Shown here piece after piece: positions 51,201 to 59,465 of a stretch of 64,000 nt of DNA (position 1 is the stretch's first letter; every line of letters begins with the position of its first letter). The stretch is taken from contig OZ024743.1 of the NCBI GenBank assembly GCA_964016885.1, forward strand, positions 183,520,001-183,584,000. The letters run 5' to 3'. The notes under the pieces were generated by a model that did not search any database, was not told where the DNA came from, and worked only from the letters and a program-made list of their open reading frames with translations. The stretch comes from Eledone cirrhosa (lineage: Eukaryota). The translations under genes and the position numbers were made by a program.

Positions 51201-53623
51201 AGAGTGATTGTCTTGCTCGCATAGGACTGTCTGGCAGGTTTTCTACAGTTGGATGCCCTTCCTAACACCAACCACATTTACAGTGTGGGTCTGGGAGGTT
51301 TTTACCGTGTTGCCTACACGGCCACATTACAGCGTGGACTGTGTTTTTTTGTCGTGACACCTACACGATCTCATTTGTTTCGGCCTGGATGGCGCGGCAC
51401 CAACATAACTTTACATAGAACGGGGTGGTGTGGATGGGGTGGGGGTGGTGGTGGTGGTGGGACGGGGTGTATTTTGTTAGAGATGCCTACTGGCTGGAGT
51501 AGGTTTTACTATATATATTTAGGTAAGGCGGGTCTTCTCTATTACTGAGTACCGCCAAAGGTCTCGGTCCAGTGACATTGTCTTGGAGAGGTGTAAGTGT
51601 GTGATGTCGGAGTTTATCAGCTCGTCCCAGGTTTTTCTAGGTCTGCCTATTCCGTGACTACCGTCTATCTATATATATATATTGAAATGCGCTTAATAAA
51701 ATACTTGGAACTCTTTTAACCATCTTTTCATCTTATATTATATATATATACACAAGGTTAGTGTGTTAGTTCACTATTTTCATGGGTAAGATAAGTTAAG
51801 CTCAAAGCCTCTTTTACCCTTCGTTCTTCGGGCGCAAATAGTTATAGTAGCAGAGCATTTATAATTCAAAATTCAGTAAGACCAATGATTAAAATAATAA
51901 TGATTATATGATTATATTAACTGAAAGTCAGCAGATAAGATATTACACAAGCTATTGTTCCACCATGAATCTATATAATGGTAGATACACAAGTAAATAT
52001 TATTACAGCACTTGTTATCATTATACTTTCATAGTTTACTAACATATTTACATTAATTCAACCTGGTTCTCTCACATGGCCTGACTGTAAAACTTACATA
52101 AAACCATCAACAATGGAATCAAAATAATAGAAAATTATTGAGTTGTTTAGATCCAGGCCTGCACTGGTAGAATAGACTCCAAAATCTTGTATTCAGTGTA
52201 TCTAGGTCTTCATGCCAGGCCAGCACTGGTAGAACAGACTTCCAAATCTTGTATTCAGTGTATATTGGTTTTTATGCCAGGCCAGCACTGGTATAACAGA
52301 CTTCCAAGTCTTGTATTCAGACAGTGTATATTGGTCTTCATGCCCTTTTGTTTTTAGTGCAACGTGGGATTTGGCTGTTATTTCCAGCAGCTATATTGCT
52401 CAGATATGGCTCCATCGCTGGCTCTAGAAAAGCACAAGTAGTTGATAACTGTGTAGACGATTAAACATTAGGAAATTTCCCTTATTGTTTGAACATTTCA
52501 TATATCGATCTCTACAACTCTCCTGACAGCCAAAACCAAACAAACTACGATCATTCGGAATCATAAGAAAACAAGTTTGAAATCAGTCTAAATGTTACGA
52601 TATCAGATAATTATTTATTCATTTAATTCAAATGTTATTTACTATATATTTCTCGTGCCAAACTATTATTTATTTTTCGCCATTAATTAAACTTAGTTTC
52701 AAGTAGATACAATAAATGTAACCGGTTACCGTTATGTGGCGCCAGTCAAGAGTACAATGTTTTGACTCCTATTTGGAAGTGTTTTACTAACGACTCAAAT
52801 ACACTCAGACAGGCATAAATACCACAAATTTCTCTTCTCTCTTATAAATAAACTGAAGATATTAATTAAACAGACAGAGCCATTACTTCTCCAAATTGAG
52901 AGATCATAGCTCCGATATTACCGGCATGTAGTTAGAATGTCTCGGGAAAGAATCGCTGGACAGAGTTTATGGGCAAAACCAACCAGCAGAAGACCCAGGG
53001 GTAGACCTCGAGCAAGATGGTTGGATAACATGGATGAGCTTGGCTGGTCTAACTTGGGGATCCAACGGGATCAGTTGGAGACTGTTGATTCTGACAAGAC
53101 CCACTAGAAGGAGTGTTTGAGGATACTGCCCCCATGACCCTCTCAGGAATAAGTGGGAGAAGAAGAATATATAAGATAATATTGTAGTAGTATTAGTAAT
53201 AATCTGTTTCGTAAACAAACCAAAGGCAGAAGACAAAACAAAAGCTGGGAAACATGTTATCAAGTATTGAATGGAGAAACTAAGAACAATGCATATAAAT
53301 ATAAATATTTCAAGTGGAAGAAGACAATAAATATAAGAAACGGTTTTACCATTAAAGCCGCTAATTTAAAATATTGAGCAGCCAGACAGGTGGCGGCAAT
53401 CCAAACAAACTAATAAATATATTTATATACCAATTGGTTGCCTCTTTGTTTTCTGTTTTTAAATAGTTTTTCGGTGCAGTCTTTTAAAAATAGCACAAAC
53501 ATTGCTGGCTATGAAAAAATGAGGATACCTTTGATTTTCGGAATTATTTTGTTGTAAAGTCTCGGCTTCTTTTTCTTCGTTTTTCTCAGCCATGCTTGAT
53601 TCCTCAAGTCCCGGTGTTGACAT
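9675..53623 (-). CDS. ASH2L: ASH2L / Ash2 Set1-COMPASS histone methyltransferase complex subunit, 5' part (10 coding exons, 1379 nt; 3' exons outside window)
   Basis: Spliced exons 53623-53529, 49163-48739, 47412-47169, 39094-39005, 32359-32268, 27354-27266, 25932-25837, 23404-23333, 22157-22058, 9750-9675 join in frame through GT-AG introns. The product contains CYCKQGRKLGTVEFQCSGCYKWFHIDC...CVPFMSNYLFYC...QMCYTAVANLT...MFSKKDIIPYIDKNWESLTT...TWHTTIVKTM...FGLV...DLEKISPNYD...KGRGNKRK, which matches the recalled ASH2L/Ash2 PHD-winged-helix and basic region. Confidence 0.95.
9806..10710. repeat. 28-bp minisatellite (GATGTGGGTTAATAGATATAGATATGTT), interrupted by a SINE
   Basis: About 16 copies at 9806-10258 and about 6 more degenerate copies at 10528-10710. 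Confidence 0.95.
10259..10527 (+). mobile_element. tRNA-derived SINE (family A), 3'-truncated
   Basis: A-box TGGCCTAGTGG, central CCTTGAGCAAGACACTTTATTTCACATTGCTCCAG; near-identical to the copies at 18056-18401 and 49798-50141. Confidence 0.85.
12043..12170. repeat. 42-bp tandem repeat, about 3 copies
   Basis: AGAGAAGTAACTTTACTGAGAAAT recurs at 12043, 12085 and 12127. Confidence 0.85.
12300..12695. repeat. CA/TA-rich compound minisatellite
   Basis: Repeated GAGGCTGTAAAAC...CATATATACATAC and AAGGACACAGTAT units. Confidence 0.75.
12900..13520 (+). mobile_element. Degraded RTE-clade LINE 3' fragment
   Basis: Translates to pieces such as GSIEVVDSFCYLGD, MLYGSET, RLKRNETTMLCWMC, homologous to the ORF at 15002-16636 but with stops and frameshifts; ends in (GAT)n. 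Confidence 0.85.
13840..14420 (+). mobile_element. Degraded RTE-clade LINE 3' fragment
   Basis: SSGGGYSDSVVARVRMGWKKFKELLPLL, LHGSETWALSA, GTCRRPRKT. Confidence 0.8.
15002..16636 (+). CDS. Non-LTR retrotransposon reverse transcriptase (RTE clade, N-truncated) with internal Cys/His finger
   Basis: Motifs NYRGIKL, QFGF, FVDLEKAFDRVP, HQGSVLSP, LLYADDL, FRYLG, LHGSETW, RLRWYGHV, GRPRKTW. The initial ATG probably derives from the target-site duplication. Confidence 0.93.
   Translation: MGKAGKAAGPSEIVAEMLKASGTVGHTMVTRIVNQVVQNGVVPKDWHSSIIVNCYKGKGDALDRSNYRGIKLIDQVMKVTEKVIAQLIRERIDLDEMQFGFVSGKSTTDALFIVRQLQEKYLAKGKPLYLAFVDLEKAFDRVPRSIIWWALRKLGVDEWLVRAIQAMYKETVSKVRINNEYSEEFSVKVDVHQGSVLSPLLFIIALQAITEEFKTGCPWELLYADDLTLIAESMAELEKKFQTWKHGLESKGLKINLAKTKVLVCRKENKAAVPSGKWSCSVCRKCVGRNSILCPKCKVWVHKRCSGITGKLTKNIDFTCGRCSGAISSSKCPQNTSSFNCAEGSIEIVDSFRYLGDKISSGGGCSESTVARVRTGWKKFRELIPLLAAKGFSLKMKGRLYDACIRTAMLHGSETWALSAEDIRRLERNEACMLRWMCNSNIRERQSINELRKKLEIRGIRCCLLERRLRWYGHVMRMKVDSCITKCRAIKIDGSHGIGRPRKTWDELINSDLTHLHLSKTMSLDRDLWRYSVTEKTRLASRHL
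15005..16990 (+). mobile_element. Young 5'-truncated RTE-clade LINE (RT ORF, 3' UTR, (GAT)n tail)
   Basis: Uninterrupted RT frame, about 350-nt 3' UTR, (GAT)n tail to 16990, probable AATG target-site duplication (15001-15004 / 16991-16994); inserted in an older repeat. Confidence 0.93.
17690..18030 (+). mobile_element. 3' fragment of a second RTE family (Expander/Rex3-like C-terminus); related copies at 20440-20640 and 52875-53165
   Basis: EPLLLQIERSQLRYYGHVVRMSQERITKQILWAKPTSRRPRGRFQVRWLDNI; three similar copies in the window. Confidence 0.8.
18056..18401 (-). mobile_element. tRNA-derived SINE (family A), full length
   Basis: Pol III A and B boxes at the 18401 end, conserved core, (GAT)n tail at 18056-18072. 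Confidence 0.9.
19346..20328 (-). mobile_element. Non-autonomous Helitron
   Basis: Minus strand starts A|TC at 20328 and ends CTAG|T at 19346, with subterminal hairpin CCCGAGCAACGCCGGG; no TSD. Confidence 0.75.
20696..20886 (-). mobile_element. piggyBac-type MITE, partial, inverted relative to the copy at 26065-26274
   Basis: Reverse complement aligns to 26065-26268 over about 190 nt. Confidence 0.8.
21812..21925. repeat. ~36-bp tandem repeat, 3 copies
   Basis: ATAAAACATTGTTTATCACTTGGATTAAAA repeated three times. Confidence 0.8.
22058..22157 (-). CDS. ASH2L: ASH2L coding exon 9 (DLEKISPNYDLIKSIIMNKGADPKGSSGLSEGP)
   Basis: Acceptor ttttttgttaaag, donor gtgagt; phase 0 to 1. Confidence 0.92.
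22276..22525. mobile_element. Degenerate TTAA-CCCTTT MITE-like repeat (related copy at 40904-41081)
   Basis: Begins TTAACCCTTTTGGTACCAA; shares CTGGTTCTATGA and AAATCCTTC..AATTCTT with 40904-41081. Confidence 0.55.
22555..22790 (+). mobile_element. Degraded RT fragment (RTE-like); a related minus-strand copy lies at about 40330-40650
   Basis: LEFADDM...AGMKISAVKNET...QVEKFKYLG motifs. Confidence 0.65.
23333..23404 (-). CDS. ASH2L: ASH2L coding exon 8 (TKDADIFMCSEEIPGDPHFGLVNS)
   Basis: Acceptor tactattttag, donor gtaagt; 72 nt, phase 0 to 0. Confidence 0.93.
24035..24608. repeat. 42-bp minisatellite, about 13 copies
   Basis: Unit AGTTAAGAGAAGGGACACAGCCATATATCTAGAAGAGGGTCC. Confidence 0.95.
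24770..25805 (-). mobile_element. Cluster of five head-to-tail Deu/Nin-domain-like SINEs (family B)
   Basis: Minus-strand GAGTTCAAATCCC (B box) followed by TTTGCCTTTCATCCTTACGGGGTCGATAAAATAAAGTACCAG and tail GCCTTGTGCC..AAAGTAGAAACA(TTA)n. Copies at about 24770-24972, 25135-25260, 25305-25465, 25476-25625 and 25630-25805. Confidence 0.85.
25837..25932 (-). CDS. ASH2L: ASH2L coding exon 7 (DIIPYIDKNWESLTTMPRRIKPTWHTTIVKTM, winged helix)
   Basis: Acceptor tgttgtttttag, donor gtaagt; 96 nt; close match to human DIIPFIDKYWECMTT...TWPNNIVKTM. Confidence 0.96.
26065..26274 (+). mobile_element. piggyBac-type MITE
   Basis: TTAA|CCCTTTA ... TAAAGGG|TTAA: terminal inverted repeats with TTAA duplication. 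Confidence 0.85.
27266..27354 (-). CDS. ASH2L: ASH2L coding exon 6 (SFSQMCYTAVANLTFQNQSDPDLKFMFSKK)
   Basis: Acceptor cttattcag, donor gtaaaa; phase 1 to 0. Confidence 0.94.
28055..28465. repeat. Three tandem copies (~120-150 bp) of a dispersed-repeat fragment
   Basis: GCTATTTCTAGCA.GTC.AGTAACCATGTAA...CCAATATTTAGTCTGTTA occurs three times. Confidence 0.8.
30870..31176 (-). mobile_element. tRNA-derived SINE related to family A (different body)
   Basis: Head GTGGAGGCACGTAACCTAGTGGTAAGG and core TTCTTGAGCAAAACACTTCATTTCATGTTGCTCCAG. Confidence 0.7.
31670..31995. repeat. Degenerate ~65-bp tandem repeat
   Basis: Recurrent GTCAGTAGCTCTG..TAAGT.CTGACT..CTGTAGACAACCTGTCCAAAT.TATGG. Confidence 0.75.
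32268..32359 (-). CDS. ASH2L: ASH2L coding exon 5 (KCVPFMSNYLFYCKSKKCSSNGESFTKKHA)
   Basis: Acceptor ctcatttcag, donor gtgagt; phase 2 to 1; matches human CLPFMTNYSFHCNVC. Confidence 0.95.
32635..33358. mobile_element. TA-flanked MITE with ~70-bp TIRs; left TIR split by a Helitron
   Basis: 32635-32652 joined to 33135-33186 is the reverse complement of 33289-33358; internal hairpin at 33192-33234. Confidence 0.85.
32653..33134 (+). mobile_element. Non-autonomous Helitron (482 bp)
   Basis: Starts A|TC and ends CTAG|T, with a subterminal hairpin (CTAGCAGAAAA-CCACGCGTGG...TTTTCTGCTAG). Removing it restores the MITE TIR exactly, without a TSD. Confidence 0.88.
33359..36165 (-). mobile_element. 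Near full-length degraded RTE-clade LINE (APE endonuclease + RT, internal deletion at ~34797)
   Basis: APE motifs VGTINV, DVCCVQETRW, IISAYAPQ, AGDFN, LLEFC, ICNTNFKK; RT motifs KAFDRVP, VGVHQGSVLS, LLYADDL; C-terminal ORF at 33607-34503; (GAT)n tail at 33359. Confidence 0.92.
36370..36566 (-). mobile_element. Deu/Nin-domain-like SINE (family B), full length
   Basis: Same head GGCGGTGGATTGGCAGTATCGGTAGAG and core as 24770-24972; another copy at 44695-44885. Confidence 0.85.
36640..37130 (+). mobile_element. Duplicated degraded RTE 3' fragments
   Basis: Two copies of GTGGAAGGAAGCTG.AGTA..GG.A.A.CAAGGAA.AC.T..GC.GAAGTG (GRPRKTW region). Confidence 0.65.
37507..37577. repeat. (TTAAAA)n hexanucleotide microsatellite
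   Basis: About 11 perfect copies. Confidence 0.95.
37712..37913 (+). mobile_element. Short 5'-truncated copy of the young RTE (3' UTR only)
   Basis: Essentially identical to 16788-16990; flanked by ATATTAT, a probable TSD. Confidence 0.92.
39005..39094 (-). CDS. ASH2L: ASH2L coding exon 4 (KQGRKLGTVEFQCSGCYKWFHIDCVKSPV, PHD finger)
   Basis: Acceptor ttttatttcag, donor gtatgt; phase 2 to 2; matches human GRQLGEVELQCGICTKWF. Confidence 0.95.
41082..42056 (-). mobile_element. CR1-clade LINE RT fragment (ORF 41067-42002)
   Basis: DVVYLDFAKAFNSVPH, SGVPQGSVLGPLLF, KYADDIKL, ERDLGI, VRPHLDFASSVWNP, LETVQRRATK, TRGH. Confidence 0.92.
42057..44372 (-). mobile_element. Second degraded copy of the RTE family seen at 33359-36165 (truncated at both ends)
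   Basis: ORF pieces at 42267-42671, 42779-43186, 43739-44038 and 44039-44479 carry APE and RT motifs; nucleotide similarity to 33877-35810. Confidence 0.92.
44695..44885 (-). mobile_element. Deu/Nin-domain-like SINE (family B)
   Basis: Same core and tail as 36370-36566. Confidence 0.85.
44911..45377 (-). mobile_element. 5'-truncated copy of the young RTE (3' end)
   Basis: Reverse complement of about 16538-16990, with (CAT)n at 44911. Confidence 0.92.
45530..45750. repeat. ~35-bp degenerate tandem repeat
   Basis: ACTACATTATTCAGGTACAGTGTATATAT recurs. Confidence 0.75.
46262..46680 (-). mobile_element. tRNA-derived SINE (family A variant) with a tail matching the RTE at 33359
   Basis: tRNA-like head at the 46680 end; 46262-46420 matches 33361-33550. 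Confidence 0.88.
47169..47412 (-). CDS. ASH2L: ASH2L coding exon 3 (GAEDIESSQT...PDAEPVKNPQCY)
   Basis: Acceptor atcacttcag, donor gtgagt; phase 1 to 2; supplies the CYC start of the PHD finger. The 5' boundary is less certain than the 3' boundary. Confidence 0.85.
47730..48260 (+). mobile_element. Degraded LINE C-terminal fragment with internal ~90-bp triplication
   Basis: MRWLGHVLRK.ESDW repeated three times. Confidence 0.7.
48415..48708. repeat. ~45-bp tandem repeat derived from the SINE/LINE 3' module
   Basis: ACGACCACCTTACAGAGTGGACTGGGTGCTTTTTCTCATGTCACCAGC, about 6 copies, following GGCTGGATGCCCTTCTTAAC. Confidence 0.8.
48739..49163 (-). CDS. ASH2L: ASH2L coding exon 2 (acidic, Pro-rich low complexity)
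   Basis: Acceptor tgtacattacag, donor gtaaag; 425 nt open frame, phase 2 to 1, in frame with exons 1 and 3. Confidence 0.88.
49798..50141 (+). mobile_element. tRNA-derived SINE (family A), full length
   Basis: A box TGGCTTAGTGG, B box GAGTTCAATTC, conserved core, (GAT)n tail. Confidence 0.9.
51118..51670 (-). mobile_element. 5'-truncated copy of the young RTE (3' end), inserted in (TA)n
   Basis: Reverse complement of about 16473-16990; (TA)n on both flanks. Confidence 0.93.
52150..52345. repeat. ~62-bp tandem repeat, 3 copies
   Basis: CCAGGCC.GCACTGGTA.AA.AGACT.CCAA.TCTTGTATTCAG repeated three times. Confidence 0.85.
53529..53623 (-). CDS. ASH2L: ASH2L first coding exon (MSTPGLEESSMAEKNEEKEAETLQQNNSENQ)
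   Basis: ATG at 53623 with an upstream in-frame stop, donor gtatcc, phase 2 matching exon 2. The second ATG at 53593 is an alternative start. Confidence 0.8.
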
Positions 53624-53649
53624 CTCGTCTGACACTAACTCGGTCAATT

Positions 53650-54700
53650 ACGGAGCGGTGAGGAGATGAAACGGACAACAAAAATATGAAATCTTTCTTT
53701 TTATTAATATTTTCTACAACAATTCGAAAGATTATAATATATAATATATATTTATTTATTAAAGAAAATTCTTATGCATTAAATAATATTTTTGTTTCAT
53801 TTTCTAAAATCTCGTCGTAGCGAGATTTAAAGCGAGGCTTTAAGCTAGAGCTGACCACCCACCCTTTAACCCTCTGCCCGGATTATTAGGGAACGGATAC
53901 ACGAGCAAAGAGACTTATGGAAATCATCCACATTTGATGTAGGTCGGGTCCTTTATCATATAAGTACTTGTAATTTCCTCCTACCATCGTCTAATATAGT
54001 TGTCGTTCACCTTTAATGTGGCCAGCTTGCTTACTAACATGGCTACACTGCTTTAAATATCAAGCAGCCAGCAGTTCATTGCGAAAGAAACATCGTCTTA
54101 ATGTAAGAACAGCATGACAAGAGAAAAACAAACACAACAGACGATAATAACATTTTTATAGAAATCGTAAAACACACAAAAAACAAAAATAACAAGTGAA
54201 TGAAAGTAAATTCACTTGAAAATATCAAAGAGAAAGCAATTAAAAAAAGAAAAAAAAAAGTGAGAAGAAAAGTCTGAAATATGTGTTAATATCTACACAT
54301 ATGTGTATAGTGTTGTATATATACATATAGTGTTGTATATATATATAGTGTTGTATATATATATAGTGTTGTATATATATATATATATAGTGTATATAAA
54401 TATACATACAAAATATTAAAACAATCAAATCTTAGTTTAATACATTTATTTGCTTAAGTACTTAGTACTACCCTCCATATTTATAATTGTATATTAAACA
54501 TATATAAGTATAAATATTATTATTATATATATATATATATATACACAGTGTTTAAGTATCAACAGAATGTGTAATATTGCGCCAAACGGAAGTGACTAGA
54601 GGCGAAGCAACAGGAAATGTCTTTGGAAAGACAGTAGCAGTGGTCTTAGTTGCTGGAATTTCTGGTTAGACTTCGACATTCACTCACTGTTTTGCGGATT
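53650..54700. promoter_or_regulatory. Putative divergent promoter region between ASH2L and AAK1/BMP2K
   Basis: Repeat-poor and locally CpG-richer; palindrome AAATCTCG-n6-CGAGATTT (53807-53828); E2F-like TTTGGCGC (minus, 54579-54586) abutting ETS-like CGGAAGTG (54587-54594). Confidence 0.5.
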
Positions 54701-55849
54701 ATAAAGTGGAGATATATACATACATAAGTACATATATATATATATAAATATATGAGAAGTATAGAGAGCTAGTGGGAGGGAGTAATGTGAGTGTTGGCGA
54801 GAGAAAAGAGGGAGGTAACGATGTGTAGTGTTTGTACTCGGCATTACACACCTACCTCTTCTACCTAGGCTTACAACAGATTATCATACGTAAACAGCAA
54901 CAAAAACATTGACATAGTCCCTTGTTAAAACAAAGACACTCACCAAAAACCCCATAAAGACATCTAAATAGACAGACATTACTAGAATCATAATGGTTCT
55001 TTCTGTGGGGGTGGGTGTTGGTTTGATGACCTAAAAGACCTGTTTAGAAGTGATGTCTGGAGAGACAAGAATCAATGCTTCTCTTTCTAATCCTCTTCCA
55101 CCTCCGTCTCTTTTACTTCGATGTCACTGCTGTCCACACCAATACCTCACCAACCTTACTAACTGCAATCACAACACCAATAATATAGTAAAACCTGTCA
55201 CCACCATAACAACACCGCCCCTATCCTACATGTACGTTTCTTTTTACTCTTTTCCCCATCCTGTCGCTTTCAGTGGGGACTGACTTAGGGGTAACTTCTC
55301 TGTAAAGATAACATATCTGTGTGGTGCTTCTCTATCCCTCACTATATTTCTCTCTACCCTAACAGCAACCACCTCTCTACCTCTTACTCTTTCTCTCTTT
55401 TCATCTCAACTTCTCTTCAAATCCCTCAACAGCAACCATTTGAACAAACACCACTCCACCTGCTTCTCGCTTTCTCACATTTTCTTTCTCTTTTTATGTG
55501 TTTTCTCTGTCTTTCTTTCACCGAAGCAACACCAAGTACAACGACAACACACCACCACCACCTTATTACGTGTTAATCTATCTTTTTCATCCTTCCCTAT
55601 CTCGTTTTTTTAGAATGTCTTAAGGTTGAAGTATCTGATTTCTCACCACATTTCACACACTCGCAATTGCTAACATATCTTCCCTTTATTTCTGATGGAC
55701 GTAACAACATCAACAGTATTACCACAACTTCTCATGTCTGATGGACTGCCTAACACCATCACCAACACTACTACCATTATTATTACACAAAAGCTACCGA
55801 CGACATTGTCTCTTCTCTTAGTCAACAACTCCACAAATCTAATTCTAGA

Positions 55850-55946
55850 ATGAAAAAGTTTTTTTCCACCCAACCTGCCGGCCATGTCGGCAAGGTCTTC
55901 TCCCTGGGTCGATATGTTGTCACTGTTGAAGATGTAATTGCAGAAG
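55850..55946 (+). CDS. AAK1: First coding exon of AP2-associated kinase 1 / BMP2K (Numb-associated kinase family)
   Basis: MKKFFSTQPAGHVGKVFSLGRYVVTVEDVIAEG followed by the donor gtaaga (phase 1); matches recalled AAK1 MKKFF...[22 protein letters not shown]. Remaining exons not seen in the window. Confidence 0.9.
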
Positions 55947-57751
55947 GTAAGACCAACTTATTATATTTTCTCTTATCTCTCTTCATCACAATATTCTCCT
56001 TATTGACACTTGTTAATTGTTTTATTGCTCTGACAAGGACTGAGGACATAATATAAAGCTCCCTCGGTGAGCTGGCGACCCAGTTTCCTCTTTTGCTTGT
56101 CGTCCCCGCTAATACTCATAAGAAAGGCATCATTGCCACACAATCTCATTGTAATCTATTATACATCTATATCAACGTGTCCAACTAAGAAATATATTGG
56201 TACCGATGAAGACAGCCGAAGTAATAAATAAACTTAATACTTGGCATCCGTTCTTTTAAATTTCAACAGAGACAGCTGATTTGTCTCATCTGTTAAGGTC
56301 AATGAAATAAATACCAGTAATATATTGGGGTTGATGAAATCAAAGTGAGCCTTGCGCCCTAGTAAGAATCATCATAATTATTAACCTTCTTTTGGCAAGG
56401 ATAGGTTGGCTGTTCAGTGAATTTCTCTGCATGATGGCCAAAGTTTGGTGGTAATATTGGGGACAATATTGAAAGGGATTGTAGAAACTCAACATCTTAA
56501 ATATAAATTCGATGAGAAAGAAAAGTTGGTTTTACAGCAATTATATTTATTAAAAAATGTCCAATGTGTGAGACTGGTATGAGTGAAATGGTTTATTACA
56601 TTGGTTTCAGACTGTTGGTGGGAGGTGACTGCTTTTACCAACATCACTGGTTCAAGGTACCCTGTTCTTCTCTCAATTACCATCACTGCCCTTCTTTTCT
56701 TTCTGTATCTCTGAATCATTATATTATATGTGATTAATATTAAACATCTTATTACAATTGCTGCTAACACTTCTTTCTTGTGTATCTTCAATCAATATCG
56801 TATCAGTTTTTTTTATCGTTCTGGTGGTAGAGTCGACTTTACCTTTTATTTCTCGGGGGTCGATAACATTTATACCAGGCTTGTATGGAGGTCGATTGTA
56901 TACTGATCATTTCCCTTTTCTACAAATTTATATTTTTGTGTTAAATTAAAATTCCAGTTCACTATGAAATGTTGAGACATTGCCATTCTTCACACACAAC
57001 TCGCCTAGAGCCAAAGGAATGAATGATGAGCTAGTGTTCTAGAGATAAACTCTCGGCGAGCCGAATCTGCGACCTAGTTTCGCTTCCTGATGGTGATTCT
57101 TTCACATCATTTACCCTGCTATTAATGTCCTTGACAAAAAGTATGAGCACCACACGATCTCATTTTTCGTGTCCTATAAACTGAAGACCTTGCGTTTATC
57201 TAGGAAATCAATATTATTAGCAATAAGCTTCTATAACTGCAGGGGCCGAATTCGAAGCTAGTTAAACTCTGGCTTGAAACGAGAGTAGAATTCATCGAAT
57301 TTTTTCTTTCTTTCAGGAGAAATCAATCAATCATTTAATGCTTGGTGTTATTTGTGTGAAATGAAAAGAATTAATTATTCATCACCACTGGTGTTGGCGC
57401 TACTGTTATTGTTGTATCATGTATAATCGATATTTGAAATAAATAAATCGACACTTTAATTTTATTTCGACCTTAAACGAGGTTACTGCCACACACACCT
57501 TACATGTTCACACTCTCGTTGTTTCTTACACACGCACCATGAGTAGGAGGCGTGTTTTTTTTGAGGTATGGTGACGTTCATTCATTTCCTAATAAAAAAT
57601 GATAACAACGAAGTTTTTACCAGTAATCTAAACCGGGTCGCAGTTTCGGTTCACAGCTTTGAATTTTTTTTCTGTACGAGCTCAGATGCACAAGTATTCT
57701 GTAATGTAATATTTGGACATACCCACCAATGTATGCCAATCAAACTTTTGT

Positions 57752-57903
57752 ATTATATGTATGTGTATATTTATATATGTATGTGTGTATATATATATAT
57801 ATGTATATGTGTGTGTATGTATGTATGTATATGTATGTATATGTATGTATATGTATGAATGTATATATATGTATTTATATATATGTATCTATGTATGTAT
57901 GTA

Positions 57904-57934
<31 letters not shown>

Positions 57935-58593
57935 ATATGTGTGAATGTATGTATATATCTATATAAATATATATATATGTATATATGTATATATATATAT
58001 ATATATATGTATATGTATATATATATGTATGTATATATATATATAAGTATGTATATATAAGTATGTATATATAAGTATGTATATATAAGTATGTATATAT
58101 AAGTATGTATATGTATATATAAGTATGTATATGTATATATAAGTATGTATATGTATATATAAGTATGTATATATAAGTATGTATATATAAGTATGTATAT
58201 ATAAGTATGTATATATAAGTATGTATATATATATATATAAGTATGTATATATATAAGTATGTATATATATAAGTATGTATATATATATATATGTATATAT
58301 ATATATAAGTATGTGTATATATATATAAGTATGTGTATATATATATAAGTATGTGTATATATATATAAGTATGTATGTATGTATGTATATATATGTATAT
58401 ATATGTATATGTATGTATGTATGTATATGTATGTATGTATGTATGTATATATATGTATATATATATGTATATATATGTATATGTATGTATGTATGTGTAT
58501 GTATGTATATGTATATGTATGTATGTATATGTATGTATGTGTATGTATGTATGTATGTATATATATGTATGTATGTATATATATGTATGTATG

Positions 58594-58672
<79 letters not shown>

Positions 58673-58901
58673 GTATATATATGTATATATATGTATGTAT
58701 GTATGTATAGATATGTATGTATGTGTATGTATGTATGTATGTATGTGTGTATGTATGTATATATGTGTGTATATATATATATATATGTATGTATGTATAT
58801 ATATGTGTGTATATATATATATATGTATGTATGTATATATATATGTATATATATGTATGTATGTATATGTATGTATGTATATGTATGCATGTATATGTAT
58901 G

Positions 58902-58937
<36 letters not shown>

Positions 58938-58975
58938 TGTATGTATATGTATGTATGTATATATATGTATGTATG

Positions 58976-59036
<61 letters not shown>

Positions 59037-59069
59037 GTATGTAAGTATATATGTATGTATGTATATATG

Positions 59070-59110
<41 letters not shown>

Positions 59111-59465
59111 GTATGTATGTATATATATGTATGTATGTATATATATGTATGTATGTATATAAATGTATGTATGTATATATGTATGTATGTATATAAATGT
59201 ATGTATGTATATATATATGTATGTATATATATATGTATGTATATATATATGTATGTATATATATATGTATGTATATATATATGTATGTATATATATATGT
59301 ATGTATATATATATGTATGTATATATATATGTATGTATATATATATGTATGTATATATGTATGTATATATATATGTATGTATGTATATGTATATATATAT
59401 ATGTATGTATATATATATGTATGTATATATATATATGTATGTATATATATATGTATGTATATATA
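57752..59465. repeat. Compound (TA)n/(TATG)n microsatellite, ~1.7 kb
   Basis: Direct inspection; includes a TAAGTATGTATATA sub-block at about 58040-58370. Confidence 0.98.

Noticed and set aside
55947-56056. Hydrophobic C-terminal half of the 68-aa ORF at 55850
   Set aside because: Lies beyond the GTAAGA donor where kinase similarity ends, so it is intron read-through.
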